Assembly: GCA_028716145.1 (NCBI GenBank) | Contig: JAQUQL010000001.1 | Coordinates: forward strand, 1-53,663 | DNA: 53,663 nucleotides | Reading direction: 5' to 3' | From: Dehalococcoidales bacterium | Lineage (GTDB): Bacteria; Chloroflexota; Dehalococcoidia; Dehalococcoidales; CSSed11-197 | Shown: positions 29,816 to 39,912 of the stretch, piece after piece | How positions within the stretch are numbered: the stretch's first letter is position 1 | Layout of the letters: every line of letters begins with the position of its first letter | Position numbers and translations under genes: made by a program | The notes under the pieces: generated by a model | Seen by the model: only the letters and a program-made list of their open reading frames with translations | Databases searched by the model: none | What the model was told of the DNA's origin: nothing

Positions 29816-30179
29816 GCAAACTGGTGACATAGCCGAAAAAATAGCCGCACACTATCTTTCAAAAAAAGGTTATCGCATACTCCAAACCAATTACCGCAAC
29901 TCTATCGGAGAGATTGATATAGTAGCCAGGCATGGGCATACTCTGGTGTTTGTAGAGGTAAGAAGCAAAACCGGAACGTCATTTGGATTACCGCTTGAAT
30001 CTATCAACCGTGCCAAATCAACCAGGCTTATAAAAGTTGCTGAGGGTTATCTTAACGAGTATCCTGCCTCCCCGGAAGACTGGCGTATTGATGTAATCGG
30101 CATTGTATTTGAACAACCACGGCAGGTAGAATCCATAACACACATCCCGGGAGCTGTCGAACGTCCTGACGGTTTTTAA
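29793..30179 (+). CDS. yraN: YraN family (UPF0102) endonuclease-like protein
   Basis: 128 aa showing GEIDIVA....LVFVEVRSK. Overlaps the rnhB 3' end by 23 nt. Confidence 0.8.
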   Translation: MVSMMTSKQTGDIAEKIAAHYLSKKGYRILQTNYRNSIGEIDIVARHGHTLVFVEVRSKTGTSFGLPLESINRAKSTRLIKVAEGYLNEYPASPEDWRIDVIGIVFEQPRQVESITHIPGAVERPDGF

Positions 30180-30195
30180 TCCAAACGTCGTTTTA

Positions 30196-30204
30196 TGATA
30201 AAAT
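30196..30204 (+). promoter_or_regulatory. Extended -10-like element for thiE
   Basis: TGATAAAAT lies 16 nt upstream of the ATG. Confidence 0.35.
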
Positions 30205-30220
30205 AGTTGGCTTAATCGAT

Positions 30221-31288
30221 ATGGACGAATTTAAACAATCAGAATTGCCCGGCGGAACGCTCAGGATGCTTGATGCCAGCTTGAATCGTGCCGCTGAAGG
30301 GCTAAGGGTTCTCGAAGATGTATCCCGTATGGTTTTAAACGATACTTCGCTGACACATGCTTTAAAAAAAATGCGCCATGATCTTGATAAATCCCCCGTA
30401 TTAGCCAGAGAAAAACTTCTTTTCTGGCGTGATTCACAAAATGATATCGGCCAGTCGGTTTCGGTTGAAAATACTCTCTGCCACAAGGATATAACTTCGC
30501 TGGTAGCTGCTAACGCCCAACGGGCCCAGCAGGCGCTCAGAACAATAGAAGAACTGGCCCGACTTGGCAATTCTGGCATTCAAAGTAAAACTATCGAATG
30601 CATGCGCTTTAATCTCTACACTCTGGAAAAAGAAATCACCTCTCGCCTGGTGCGAGCTGATAAGAGAAAACTTATCAAGGGGCTTTATGTGATACTCGAT
30701 TCAAGCCTGCTTGGAGGAAGAAGCCATCTGGAGATGGCTAGTATGGTTCTTGAAGCCGGAGTAAAAATAATCCAGCTGAGAGAAAAAAATATGCCTTCAG
30801 GCAAAATGCTTGATCTTGCCTGCTCGCTAAACGAGATGTGCATCTCCCACCAGGCGATATTAATTATCAATGATTATCTCGATATAGCTCTGGCGAGCAA
30901 TGCCAGCGGGATCCATCTTGGCCAGAAGGACATCCCCCTCCCGGTTGCACGTAAGCATCTACCCTTCGGTACCTTAATCGGCATATCAGTTGATTCACCG
31001 GAGCAGGCAGTAAAAGCCGAGCAGGATGGCGCCGACTACGTTGCACCCCAGGCAGTGTTTGAAACCAGCAGCAAGAACTGCCGTGCGATAGGTCTGGAAG
31101 CCCTAATTGCTATCCGCCAGGCAGTTACAATTCCCGTGGTTGCCATCGGTGGCATAAACATAGATAATATAGACCGTGTTATTAAAGCTGGCGTAGATGC
31201 TGCTGCGGTTATATCTTCGGTTACATTTTCCCCACAACCTGTTAAAACAGCCAGGGAAATGAACCGGAGATTTTACATGGCAGACTAA
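30221..31288 (+). CDS. thiE: Thiamine-phosphate synthase with an N-terminal helical extension of about 140 aa
   Basis: The C-terminal ~210 aa are ThiE-like (LYVILD..., IIQLREK, GIHLGQKD, VVAIGGI). The N-terminal ~140 aa are not part of canonical ThiE. Confidence 0.82.
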   Translation: MDEFKQSELPGGTLRMLDASLNRAAEGLRVLEDVSRMVLNDTSLTHALKKMRHDLDKSPVLAREKLLFWRDSQNDIGQSVSVENTLCHKDITSLVAANAQRAQQALRTIEELARLGNSGIQSKTIECMRFNLYTLEKEITSRLVRADKRKLIKGLYVILDSSLLGGRSHLEMASMVLEAGVKIIQLREKNMPSGKMLDLACSLNEMCISHQAILIINDYLDIALASNASGIHLGQKDIPLPVARKHLPFGTLIGISVDSPEQAVKAEQDGADYVAPQAVFETSSKNCRAIGLEALIAIRQAVTIPVVAIGGINIDNIDRVIKAGVDAAAVISSVTFSPQPVKTAREMNRRFYMAD

Positions 31289-31299
31289 TTGCTAATTAT

Positions 31300-31334
31300 T
31301 AACCCGGGGAAATATCAAAAACCATCCCGGGTTA
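31300..31334 (+). terminator. Hairpin downstream of thiE (possible terminator)
   Basis: 9-bp stem TAACCCGGG/CCCGGGTTA with a 17-nt loop, followed by an A/T-rich tract. Confidence 0.35.
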
Positions 31335-31363
31335 TTAAAATATATTTTTAAGGAGGAAATAAT

Positions 31364-33403
31364 TTGGAGCTGATTATTGCATTATCAGCGGGTTTGTTAG
31401 GGGTCGTGGTAGCCGTTTTTATGGCTAACTTTGTTCTAAAGCAGCCTCAGGGTACCAAGGCAGTCCGCGAAATTTCTGCCGCTATTAAAGAAGGCGCTCT
31501 TGCTTTCCTTGGCAGGGAATACCGTATTCTGGCAATCTTCGTGGTTGCAGTTACAATTATACTTGGTTTTGTGCCCCTGCTTGGATGGTGGGTTGCCCTC
31601 AGTTTTATTTTCGGGGCAATCTGTTCGGGTCTTGCCGGTTTTATCGGAATGAGCATCGCCATCCGTTCCAACTCACGTACCGCAGCGGCGGTACAGCACG
31701 GTTTAAACCACGGCCTTAAGGTTTCCTTCCGCGCAGGCGCGGTTATGGGTATGAGCGTTGTTGGCATCGGTATGCTTGGCCTTACAGCGCTTTATTTTGT
31801 CTTCAATGGCAATGCCGATTTTACCCAGATCATTCCAGGTTTTGGTTTTGGCGCTTCTTCAGTGGCAATATTTGCCCGTGTTGGCGGTGGTATTTACACC
31901 AAGGCAGCTGATACCGGTGCCGATATTGTAGGTAAAGTTGAAGAAAATATTCCTGAAGATGATCCGCGCAACGCAGCAGTTATTGCTGACTTCGTTGGTG
32001 ATAATGTAGGTGATGTTGCCGGAATGGGAGCTGATCTTTTTGAATCCTACGTTAGCTCTATCATCGCCACCTCCGCCCTGGCAACTGTTGCGGTGATGTC
32101 TCCCGCCCTTGAACAGGCACTGGTTCCCAGCCAGGAAGCTGGCTGGTTCCTTCCTCTGCTGGTTGCAGCCGGTGGCATTCTGGCATCCGTGGTTGGCATC
32201 TTTGTCATACGCGTGGGCGAAAAACTTGAAATGACTGCTCTATTAAACGCTCTGCGCAGAGGCACTATTGTCAGTTCTGTTCTAGCGGCCGGCTTTTCCT
32301 ATCTGGCAGTCTGGCTGCTCGGAGCAGATATCAGACTGTTCTGGGCTATCATCATCGGCCTTATCGCCGGTGTTCTTATTGGTGAAAGCACTAACTTCTT
32401 TACTTCCTACGTTTACAAACCTACCCTTAAAGTCGCCGAAGCTTCCCAGACCGGTGCCGGCACAAACATTATTGCCGGTTTCGGTAATGGACTCCTCAGC
32501 GTAATGCCACCAGTGATCTTCATCGCTATTGCTGTGATTGCAGCATATAAACTGGGTGACGTTTACGGTGTTGCAATCGCCGGTGTAGGCATGCTTTCAA
32601 CGCTTGGCATTCAGGACGCTACCGACGCCTATGGCCCGATTGCTGATAATGCAGGCGGTATCGTTGAGATGAGCGGTCTCCCTCATGAGATCCGCGAACG
32701 CACCGACGCGCTGGATTCACTGGGTAATACAACCGCTGCTACCGGCAAGGGTTTTGCCATCGGCGCTGCCGGACTTACTTCTCTTGCACTTCTGTTTGCA
32801 TACGCAGAAACTGTTGGCATTACCGCTGAGGGCATCAATCTGCTCCAGCCGGAAGTTTTGGTTGGGATGTTCCTTGGGGCACTTCTACCGGCAATATTTT
32901 GCGCCCTCACAATGGATGCAGTTGGCAAAACCAGCTTTTCCATTGTTAATGAAGTTCGCCGCCAATTTAAGGAGATACCCGGCTTAATGGATGGAACTGG
33001 TAAACCTGAATACGCTAAATGCGTTGATATCTGCACCAAGGATTCCATCAATAAAATGGTATTGCCAGGCCTGATCACCATCGTTTCTCCGATATTGGTA
33101 GGCTTCCTGCTGGGGCCGGTTGCCCTTGGGGGTTTCCTTGGAGGAGCCGTCTCTACTGGTCTTATCCTGGCGATCACTTTTTCCAATGCTGGCGGCTCCT
33201 GGGATAACGCCAAAAAATGGATCGAGACTGGCGCCTATGGAGGCAAGGGATCAGTTGCTCATAAAGCTGCCGTTGTCGGAGACACCGTGGGCGACCCCAT
33301 GAAAGATACCTCAGGCCCGGCATTGAACATCATGATCAAGCTTATAAGTATTATCTCTGTGGTTCTGGCTCCTGTAATTGCCAGCTTCGGCGGACTCTTC
33401 TAA
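31364..33403 (+). CDS. hppA: Membrane-bound pyrophosphatase, K+-dependent-type signature
   Basis: 679 aa, polytopic, showing DNVGDVAGMGADLFES and GNTTAATGKGFAIG. Ala rather than Lys in GNTTAA is the K+-dependent subfamily marker. TTG start with AAGGAGG upstream. Confidence 0.93.
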   Translation: MELIIALSAGLLGVVVAVFMANFVLKQPQGTKAVREISAAIKEGALAFLGREYRILAIFVVAVTIILGFVPLLGWWVALSFIFGAICSGLAGFIGMSIAIRSNSRTAAAVQHGLNHGLKVSFRAGAVMGMSVVGIGMLGLTALYFVFNGNADFTQIIPGFGFGASSVAIFARVGGGIYTKAADTGADIVGKVEENIPEDDPRNAAVIADFVGDNVGDVAGMGADLFESYVSSIIATSALATVAVMSPALEQALVPSQEAGWFLPLLVAAGGILASVVGIFVIRVGEKLEMTALLNALRRGTIVSSVLAAGFSYLAVWLLGADIRLFWAIIIGLIAGVLIGESTNFFTSYVYKPTLKVAEASQTGAGTNIIAGFGNGLLSVMPPVIFIAIAVIAAYKLGDVYGVAIAGVGMLSTLGIQDATDAYGPIADNAGGIVEMSGLPHEIRERTDALDSLGNTTAATGKGFAIGAAGLTSLALLFAYAETVGITAEGINLLQPEVLVGMFLGALLPAIFCALTMDAVGKTSFSIVNEVRRQFKEIPGLMDGTGKPEYAKCVDICTKDSINKMVLPGLITIVSPILVGFLLGPVALGGFLGGAVSTGLILAITFSNAGGSWDNAKKWIETGAYGGKGSVAHKAAVVGDTVGDPMKDTSGPALNIMIKLISIISVVLAPVIASFGGLF

Positions 33404-34023
33404 ACCCAGTCACCGAGATACATATTACCCCGGCTTTCGGCCCTTATAGTTGTAGAGGGGCCATGGCCGGGGTATACTTTTATATCCTCGTCCAGCTTTA
33501 TTATTTTTCGCAGACTTTCGGCCATTTGTGATTCATCACCGCCTGGCAAATCACACCTGCCGATACCACCTGCAAAAAGAAGGTCGCCGGTAAAGATGTA
33601 CCCATCCCCAACCAGACACACCGACCCCCGGGAATGACCAGGGGTATGCAAAACTTCAAGACATATGTCCCCGGTTACAATCTTTTGCCCGTCCAAAAGT
33701 TCTTCATCCGGCTCGAACCTTGAATCGTTTTTTATACCAAGCATCATATTAAGAATACGACTATTGGCAATTTCTGTATCCAGAGGGTTCATCATCACCG
33801 TAGCTCCCGTGGCTTCTTTTAAAGCATTTGCCCCGGCGATGTGATCGGGATGCCCGTGGGTAAGAATAATTTTTTTAACATTTATTTCCATCTCCCGTAT
33901 CTTTTGGAGTATACGCTCAACTTCATCGCCCGGATCAATCACAACTCCACTGGAGCTATTCTCGCAACCAAGCAGGTAACAATTGGCGCCGAATGATCCA
34001 ACAACCAATTTTTCCAACAGCAT
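33400..34023 (-). CDS. MBL-fold metallo-hydrolase (glyoxalase II-like)
   Basis: 207 aa with LTHGHPDHIAG, plus HTPGHS and a distal His. Confidence 0.85.
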   Translation of the reverse strand: MLLEKLVVGSFGANCYLLGCENSSSGVVIDPGDEVERILQKIREMEINVKKIILTHGHPDHIAGANALKEATGATVMMNPLDTEIANSRILNMMLGIKNDSRFEPDEELLDGQKIVTGDICLEVLHTPGHSRGSVCLVGDGYIFTGDLLFAGGIGRCDLPGGDESQMAESLRKIIKLDEDIKVYPGHGPSTTIRAESRGNMYLGDWV

Positions 34024-34145
34024 TTATCCCTCTCCTCTGGTTTACTGGGCTTGATTCTAACACCGCTTTCTACCTTGCTTCAAATACAAAATGCTTTTGA
34101 CACCATCAGTATAAAGCTGGTATCTTTACTGGGACTGTTTTTATT

Positions 34146-34820
34146 ATGAATACCACTACTGTTATTATTATTCTCATTGGCGGAGCCGTTGTTGTTTTCG
34201 GGGGGTTTTTTGCTACAGTAGCCCTGCTTCAATTTTTTTTAAATAAAAGCCGCACTGCTCGTGATCCCCAACTGCCCCAAAGCACACAGCCGGAGCCAGG
34301 TACAGTGAATCAAAGAGCCGAAACGGCCCCCGAGCCGGTTTTTCGTGCCTGGTTTGGATTTAAACAGATCTTACCTGTGCTTATTATCACCGGATTCTCC
34401 CTTGTATCTACCCTTGTTTTTATGCCCCTCCTTTCTGCCGAACCGGCTTTCCGTTTCAATAGTGCCGGGGAACCTGCCAGTTTTGCTGGTGCTTCCCTGA
34501 TAATTGTTGCTTCTATCCTGGTACAGTTGTTATTTGTTGGAACAGCATGGTTCATCGGGAAAGGTATAAAAAACTTCATCAATCGGCTGGATATGCCGCA
34601 ATCATCTGGCCTTCAGGCTCAAAAAGTTATCTCGGTAGCCGCTAACATGATAGCTCTTCCTCAATTGATCGCGGCTTATATTTCCTTTGATATTTTTATC
34701 TACGACGTATACAACCGCCATCTGATACCGGTATGGATATTTGCCATAATCACCATGGTTATCGGTGGCATTTTCTTATGTGTGCGGTTCTATAATATAA
34801 TGCGCAGCAAAAGCCAATAA
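34146..34820 (+). CDS. Polytopic membrane protein of unknown function
   Basis: 224 aa with an N-terminal TM, a Pro/Gln-rich linker and about 4 further TM segments. No recognised motif. Confidence 0.5.
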   Translation: MNTTTVIIILIGGAVVVFGGFFATVALLQFFLNKSRTARDPQLPQSTQPEPGTVNQRAETAPEPVFRAWFGFKQILPVLIITGFSLVSTLVFMPLLSAEPAFRFNSAGEPASFAGASLIIVASILVQLLFVGTAWFIGKGIKNFINRLDMPQSSGLQAQKVISVAANMIALPQLIAAYISFDIFIYDVYNRHLIPVWIFAIITMVIGGIFLCVRFYNIMRSKSQ

Positions 34821-34844
34821 TTTACCAGGAGCAGAGTTAAACAC

Positions 34845-36206
34845 GTGGAAAACAATAATAATAAAATAACTATGGAGAAAATCGTTTCCCTGGCCCGCAG
34901 ACGCGGGTATATTTTTCCCTCCAGCGAGATTTACGGAGGCCTTTCCAGCTGTTGGGATTACGGACCACTGGGCGTAGAAATTAAACGTAACGTTAAAAAT
35001 GCCTGGTGGCAGGCGATGATACACAATCGGGACGACATGGTAGGCCTCGATACCAGCATTATCATGCATCCAAAAGTTTGGGAAGCAAGCGGCCATGTAA
35101 GCGGCTTTAGCGATCCAATGGTTGATTGCATGGACTGCAAACAACGCTTCAGGGCAGACCATCTGACCACTGAAAACTGCCCCAATTGCGGCGGCAAGCT
35201 CACTCAGCCCCGCCAGTTTAACCTTATGTTTAAGACTTTTATCGGCCCGGTTGAAGACCAGGCCTCCATCGCTTACCTGAGACCTGAAACCGCACAGGGT
35301 ATATTCGTCAACTTTGCCAATGTTTTAAATACAACCCGCAAAAAACTGCCTTTTGGTATCGGCCAGATCGGTAAATCTTTTCGCAACGAAATCACCACTG
35401 GCAACTTTATATTCCGTTCGCGCGAATTTGAACAGATGGAGATCGAGTTTTTTGTAAAACCCGGTGAAGATGAAACCTGGTTTAAATACTGGCTTGAGGA
35501 AAGGCTCAACTGGTTTTCCAGCATAGGTATAAAAAAAGAAAATCTCAAGCTTAGACAGCACCGCAAGGACGAGCTGGCTCATTATGCCAAAGATTGTTAC
35601 GACATTGAATACCTGTTTCCGATGGGCTGGAGCGAACTTGAAGGCATAGCCAACCGAGCTGATTTTGACCTGAAACAACACGCTCACCACAGCGGCAACG
35701 ATCTTACTTTCTTTGACGAACAAGCCAAAGAACACATTGTTCCTTTTGTTATTGAACCATCAAGCGGGGTTGACCGCACTGTGCTGGCTGTTCTGTGCGA
35801 CGCTTACTGCGAAGAGCCCGACAAGGATGAAATCCGCACCGTGCTTAAACTTCATCCCTCGATTGCCCCTTATAAAGTTGCAGTATTGCCTCTTTCCCGC
35901 AAGGAACCGGTTGTGAATGTTGCCCATGAGGTTCACTCCGTACTTCGCAAGAGTTTCCCTACTGCTTATGATGATGCTCAGAGCATCGGCAGGCGTTATC
36001 GCCGGCAGGATGAAATCGGTACCCCATACTGTGTAACTATTGATTTTGATACCCTGGAAGATAACTCGGTTACCGTACGAGACAGGGACTCAATGCGACA
36101 GCTCAGGATGCCAATAGACGTGCTTTGCCAGTCCATTGCAGCCAAACTCAGCGGCGAGTTGTTTGAAGTCCTCCCACCCGGAGGTAAACACTGGCTGGGG
36201 TTTTAA
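34845..36206 (+). CDS. glyQS: Glycyl-tRNA synthetase (alpha2 dimeric type)
   Basis: [14 protein letters not shown] and class II motifs (FRNEI.., GVDR). The start is ambiguous between GTG 34845 and ATG 34872 ([12 protein letters not shown]). Confidence 0.9.
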   Translation: MENNNNKITMEKIVSLARRRGYIFPSSEIYGGLSSCWDYGPLGVEIKRNVKNAWWQAMIHNRDDMVGLDTSIIMHPKVWEASGHVSGFSDPMVDCMDCKQRFRADHLTTENCPNCGGKLTQPRQFNLMFKTFIGPVEDQASIAYLRPETAQGIFVNFANVLNTTRKKLPFGIGQIGKSFRNEITTGNFIFRSREFEQMEIEFFVKPGEDETWFKYWLEERLNWFSSIGIKKENLKLRQHRKDELAHYAKDCYDIEYLFPMGWSELEGIANRADFDLKQHAHHSGNDLTFFDEQAKEHIVPFVIEPSSGVDRTVLAVLCDAYCEEPDKDEIRTVLKLHPSIAPYKVAVLPLSRKEPVVNVAHEVHSVLRKSFPTAYDDAQSIGRRYRRQDEIGTPYCVTIDFDTLEDNSVTVRDRDSMRQLRMPIDVLCQSIAAKLSGELFEVLPPGGKHWLGF

Positions 36207-36209
36207 GCC

Positions 36210-37472
36210 ATGGCGGATAAAACCTTAAAACTTGTCCATTTTGCCGATCTGCACCTGGGTGTCGAAACCTACGGGCGTCTGGACCCGGAAACCGGGTTTT
36301 CCTCCCGCATGGTTGATATTCTGAGTGCGCTTGACAGTCTGGTGGATTATGCCATCAACCATGGCATCCACCTGGTCCTGTTTTGCGGTGATGCTTACAA
36401 AGACCGCTCACCCAATCCTACCCAGCAGCGCGAGCTTGCCAGGCGTATCAAAAGGCTTTCAGAAAATAACATCGCTACATTTATGTTAACCGGTAACCAC
36501 GATCTTCCCAACGCTTTAAACCGCGCCACTGCAACTGAGATATTTGACACCCTTGAAGTTGATAACGTCCATGTTGTTTCCAAGCCCGGGCTTGAACAGA
36601 TAAACACTTCTGCCGGACCTTTACAGATCCTCTCTTTACCATGGCTGCGCCGCTCCAACCTCATGAAGATGGAGGATGTCAAAAACCTGGATATGGCATC
36701 CCTCTTTCAAAAAATGGAGGAGGTTCTTACAAAAGTAATAATCCAGAACCACGCCAGGCTAAACCCTTCAATCCCGGCAGTGCTTGCTTCCCATGTGTGG
36801 GTAGAAGGGGCAAGAACCGGTTCTGAAAAAGGTTCTACTATTGGCCGTGAACCCCACCTGATGCTTTCAAATCTTGTTCAACCTGGAATTGATTATGTTG
36901 CACTTGGGCACATCCATCGCCGCCAGATATTAAGTGAAAATCCTCCAGTGGTTTATCCGGGTTCACTGGTTAAGCTGGATTTCAGTGACAGTGATGATGA
37001 AAAGGGCTTTTTTGTGGTAGAAATCACTACCCGGGATGACGGAACCCGCTCCACCAGCTATAGGTTTGAGCCATTACCGGGCCGCCGTTTTTTAACTATA
37101 AGCTCTGAGGTAAAGGATACCGACTCCGATCCTACCCAAACAATCCTTGATACTATTAACCGGTTTTCGAGTGAGTTGGATAATGCTATAGTGCGCCTGG
37201 AAATTACCATTCCTCAAGAAGCAGAAGGCCTTTTAAGAGATTCTGAAATACGCGCCGCCCTCAAGACGGCTCATTACACTACAATTGCCAAAAAAGTAAC
37301 CCGCCATGTACGCTCGCGCCTGGGCAGCGGTATATCCGCCGAGGCCATTACCCCCTTTGACGCCCTGCAGGCATGGCTGGACATTTCTCCTTTCAGCCCT
37401 GAAAAAAAGGGGAAGTTGCTCCAGTATGGCACCAGCCTGATCGAAGAGGTAACCGGCCAAATAAAGCAATAA
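36210..37472 (+). CDS. sbcD: SbcD/Mre11-family nuclease
   Basis: 420 aa with calcineurin-like motifs HFADLHLG, GDAY.., GNHD and GHIH. Starts 3 nt after glyQS. No SbcC/Rad50 gene follows. Confidence 0.8.
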   Translation: MADKTLKLVHFADLHLGVETYGRLDPETGFSSRMVDILSALDSLVDYAINHGIHLVLFCGDAYKDRSPNPTQQRELARRIKRLSENNIATFMLTGNHDLPNALNRATATEIFDTLEVDNVHVVSKPGLEQINTSAGPLQILSLPWLRRSNLMKMEDVKNLDMASLFQKMEEVLTKVIIQNHARLNPSIPAVLASHVWVEGARTGSEKGSTIGREPHLMLSNLVQPGIDYVALGHIHRRQILSENPPVVYPGSLVKLDFSDSDDEKGFFVVEITTRDDGTRSTSYRFEPLPGRRFLTISSEVKDTDSDPTQTILDTINRFSSELDNAIVRLEITIPQEAEGLLRDSEIRAALKTAHYTTIAKKVTRHVRSRLGSGISAEAITPFDALQAWLDISPFSPEKKGKLLQYGTSLIEEVTGQIKQ

Positions 37473-37483
37473 AGAGGTTTTGA

Positions 37484-38206
37484 ATGCATCTACCAGGTAC
37501 CAATCCAAAATTTGATAACCGTTACGATGCTGGTAAACAACTCAGCGAAAAATTAACCGAGTTTAAAAATCAACCGGTGGTGGTTATGGCCATACCCAAT
37601 GGCGGCATACCGATTGCCCATCATGTAGCACTGGAACTTAACGCAACAATGGATCTGATAATATCGCGCAAGATCCCGATCCCACTTGCACCAGAAGGCG
37701 GGTTTGGAGCAGTAACTGACGACGGGACTGTTATACTCAACCCGGATGTTTTGAAACGCATCAATCTGAACGAAGCCCAAATCAACTATCAGGTGAGCCG
37801 TGTGCGCAATGACATTCAGCAGCGAAGCATAATATACCGCTCTTCGAGGCCGGTCTCTGTGCTCTCGTCCAAAATTGCAGTACTGGTAGATGACGGACTG
37901 GCTTCAGGTTACACCATGATGGCAGCTATAGAATCGGTGCGACGCAAGAAACCCAAGATGGTAGTTGTAGCAGTGCCGGTGGCTTCGGCCATGGCAGTAA
38001 AACAGGTGGAAAAAGTTGCAGATAGAGTTATAACTGTAGTTACAGATTACGCCCCCAGGTTTTACGTTTCAGACTATTACCGTTACTGGAACGTTTTGAG
38101 CGACCGCGAAGGCCTGGAATGCTACCAGGAATGGCACCGTCGCAGGTATCAGACCAGCATCGATACCGACCGCCGCGATCGCCCTCTACCGCCTTCTTGC
38201 TACTAG
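37484..38206 (+). CDS. Phosphoribosyltransferase-domain protein (COG1926-like)
   Basis: 240 aa with the PRPP-binding loop VLVDDGLASGYTM and an Arg-rich C-terminal tail. Confidence 0.72.
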   Translation: MHLPGTNPKFDNRYDAGKQLSEKLTEFKNQPVVVMAIPNGGIPIAHHVALELNATMDLIISRKIPIPLAPEGGFGAVTDDGTVILNPDVLKRINLNEAQINYQVSRVRNDIQQRSIIYRSSRPVSVLSSKIAVLVDDGLASGYTMMAAIESVRRKKPKMVVVAVPVASAMAVKQVEKVADRVITVVTDYAPRFYVSDYYRYWNVLSDREGLECYQEWHRRRYQTSIDTDRRDRPLPPSCY

Positions 38207-39912
38207 GCGATAACTTCAAACTTATTTACGTCTATAACGCCCTTGTCGGTTATCCGTATCTCAGGAATCACTGGCAGGGCCATGAAGGAAAGAACGGTAA
38301 ACGGAGATTCTACATTCACCCCCATGACCTTGAGAAGAATCTCAAGGTCATGCAATTGCCCGGCGGCTGCTTCCCCGGTGTCCAGCGAAAGAAGCCCGGC
38401 AATCGGCAACTCCATTCTACCGATAGCTTCTCCATTGAGAACCATGACCAGTCCACCCTGCATCAGCTCCACCTCTTTTATTGCAGCAGCCAGATCCTGG
38501 TCGTTGGTACCAATGGCGATAATATTATGTGAATCGTGTGCAACGGAAGAAGCTACCGCTCCCTTTTTTAGACCAAACCCTTTAATTAGGCCGATTCCTA
38601 TATTTCCGCTGGCTTTGTGCCTTTCTACCACCGCTATTTTTAAAATATCCCGGCTGGTATCGGCAACCACCGAATCATTTTCTATTTTAGGCTTTTCCAT
38701 GGTTTTTTTGGTAACGATCTGCCCGGGAACAATATTTATGACCGGTACCTCATCCCCGGTTAGTTTCAACGCCAGATCTTCTACTTCGAAATCTTTTATA
38801 TGGATAGTGTCAACCGGCTGAGATATACGGGGAACTTGTGGAGTAAAATTGGGCATCTTGTTTACTCCTACCAGATAACCCCGGTAAAAGACTTCTTCGG
38901 TATCCATAGTTTTTAGATCTGATACGGTTATCATGTTGGCAAAATACCCTGGTGCTATAGCCCCGACCTTTTTTGCACCAAGATACTGCGCCGGGTTAAT
39001 AGTAGCCATCTGAATGGCACGTACGGGGTCAATACCCAGGGAAACTGCTCGATATACCGCCCAGTCCATATCCCCTTCGGTGTTAAGATCAACCGCATTA
39101 CGATCATCTGTAACCAGCATACAGCGGTGGTAATTTTTGTCATTTACCAGTGGAAGTAAAGCCTCCAGGTTCTTTTCGCTGGAACCCTCACGCATCATGA
39201 TATACATACCTTTGGCCAGCTTTTCCCTGGCCTCATCAGCAGATATACATTCATGGTCAGAATAAATACCAGAGGAAATATAGGCAGAAAGATCCCTCCC
39301 GCCGAGGCCGGGAGCATGGCCATCTATCAAGAAATCCTGAAACATCTTCAGCTTGTTTAAAATGGCAGGGTCTTTTTTAAGAACGCCAGGATAATTCATC
39401 ATTTCCCCAAGGCCAATAACGCCTGGCTTTTTCATTATTTCTTCAAGTGCACTCACATCTATGGAAGCCCCGCTGGTCTCCAGTGTTGTTGCCGGCACAC
39501 AGCTCGGTGCCATCAGGTAAAAATCCAGAGGTAGTTTATTGCACATCTCAATAACATAATTAAAGGCTTCTATTCCGAGCACATTGCTGAGTTCATGCAG
39601 ATCAGTCACCAAACCAAGTGTCCCTCTTGTCACAACCGTTGTTACGTATTCAGCAACGTCAAGCATCGAGCTCTCGATGTGTACATGAGCATTGATGTAA
39701 CCGGGTAAAACATACTTGCCCCTCACATCAGCAACGTCCTTACCCTCTGTATAATCACCAACTCCGGCTATATATTCTCCAGCAATAGCGATATTACCCT
39801 CTTCTATTTCGCCATTAAATACATTTACAACTTTGGCATTCAATATCAGCAGATCTGCCGGGTACTCCCCTTTTGCCACACTGATAAGCTTTGCAAGGTT
39901 TCTTTCTGCCAT
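38203..39912 (-). CDS. ade: Adenine deaminase
   Basis: 569 aa amidohydrolase with GYINAHVHIESS, and HECISADEAREKL and VAHDSHN blocks typical of Ade. Confidence 0.85.
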   Translation of the reverse strand: MAERNLAKLISVAKGEYPADLLILNAKVVNVFNGEIEEGNIAIAGEYIAGVGDYTEGKDVADVRGKYVLPGYINAHVHIESSMLDVAEYVTTVVTRGTLGLVTDLHELSNVLGIEAFNYVIEMCNKLPLDFYLMAPSCVPATTLETSGASIDVSALEEIMKKPGVIGLGEMMNYPGVLKKDPAILNKLKMFQDFLIDGHAPGLGGRDLSAYISSGIYSDHECISADEAREKLAKGMYIMMREGSSEKNLEALLPLVNDKNYHRCMLVTDDRNAVDLNTEGDMDWAVYRAVSLGIDPVRAIQMATINPAQYLGAKKVGAIAPGYFANMITVSDLKTMDTEEVFYRGYLVGVNKMPNFTPQVPRISQPVDTIHIKDFEVEDLALKLTGDEVPVINIVPGQIVTKKTMEKPKIENDSVVADTSRDILKIAVVERHKASGNIGIGLIKGFGLKKGAVASSVAHDSHNIIAIGTNDQDLAAAIKEVELMQGGLVMVLNGEAIGRMELPIAGLLSLDTGEAAAGQLHDLEILLKVMGVNVESPFTVLSFMALPVIPEIRITDKGVIDVNKFEVIA

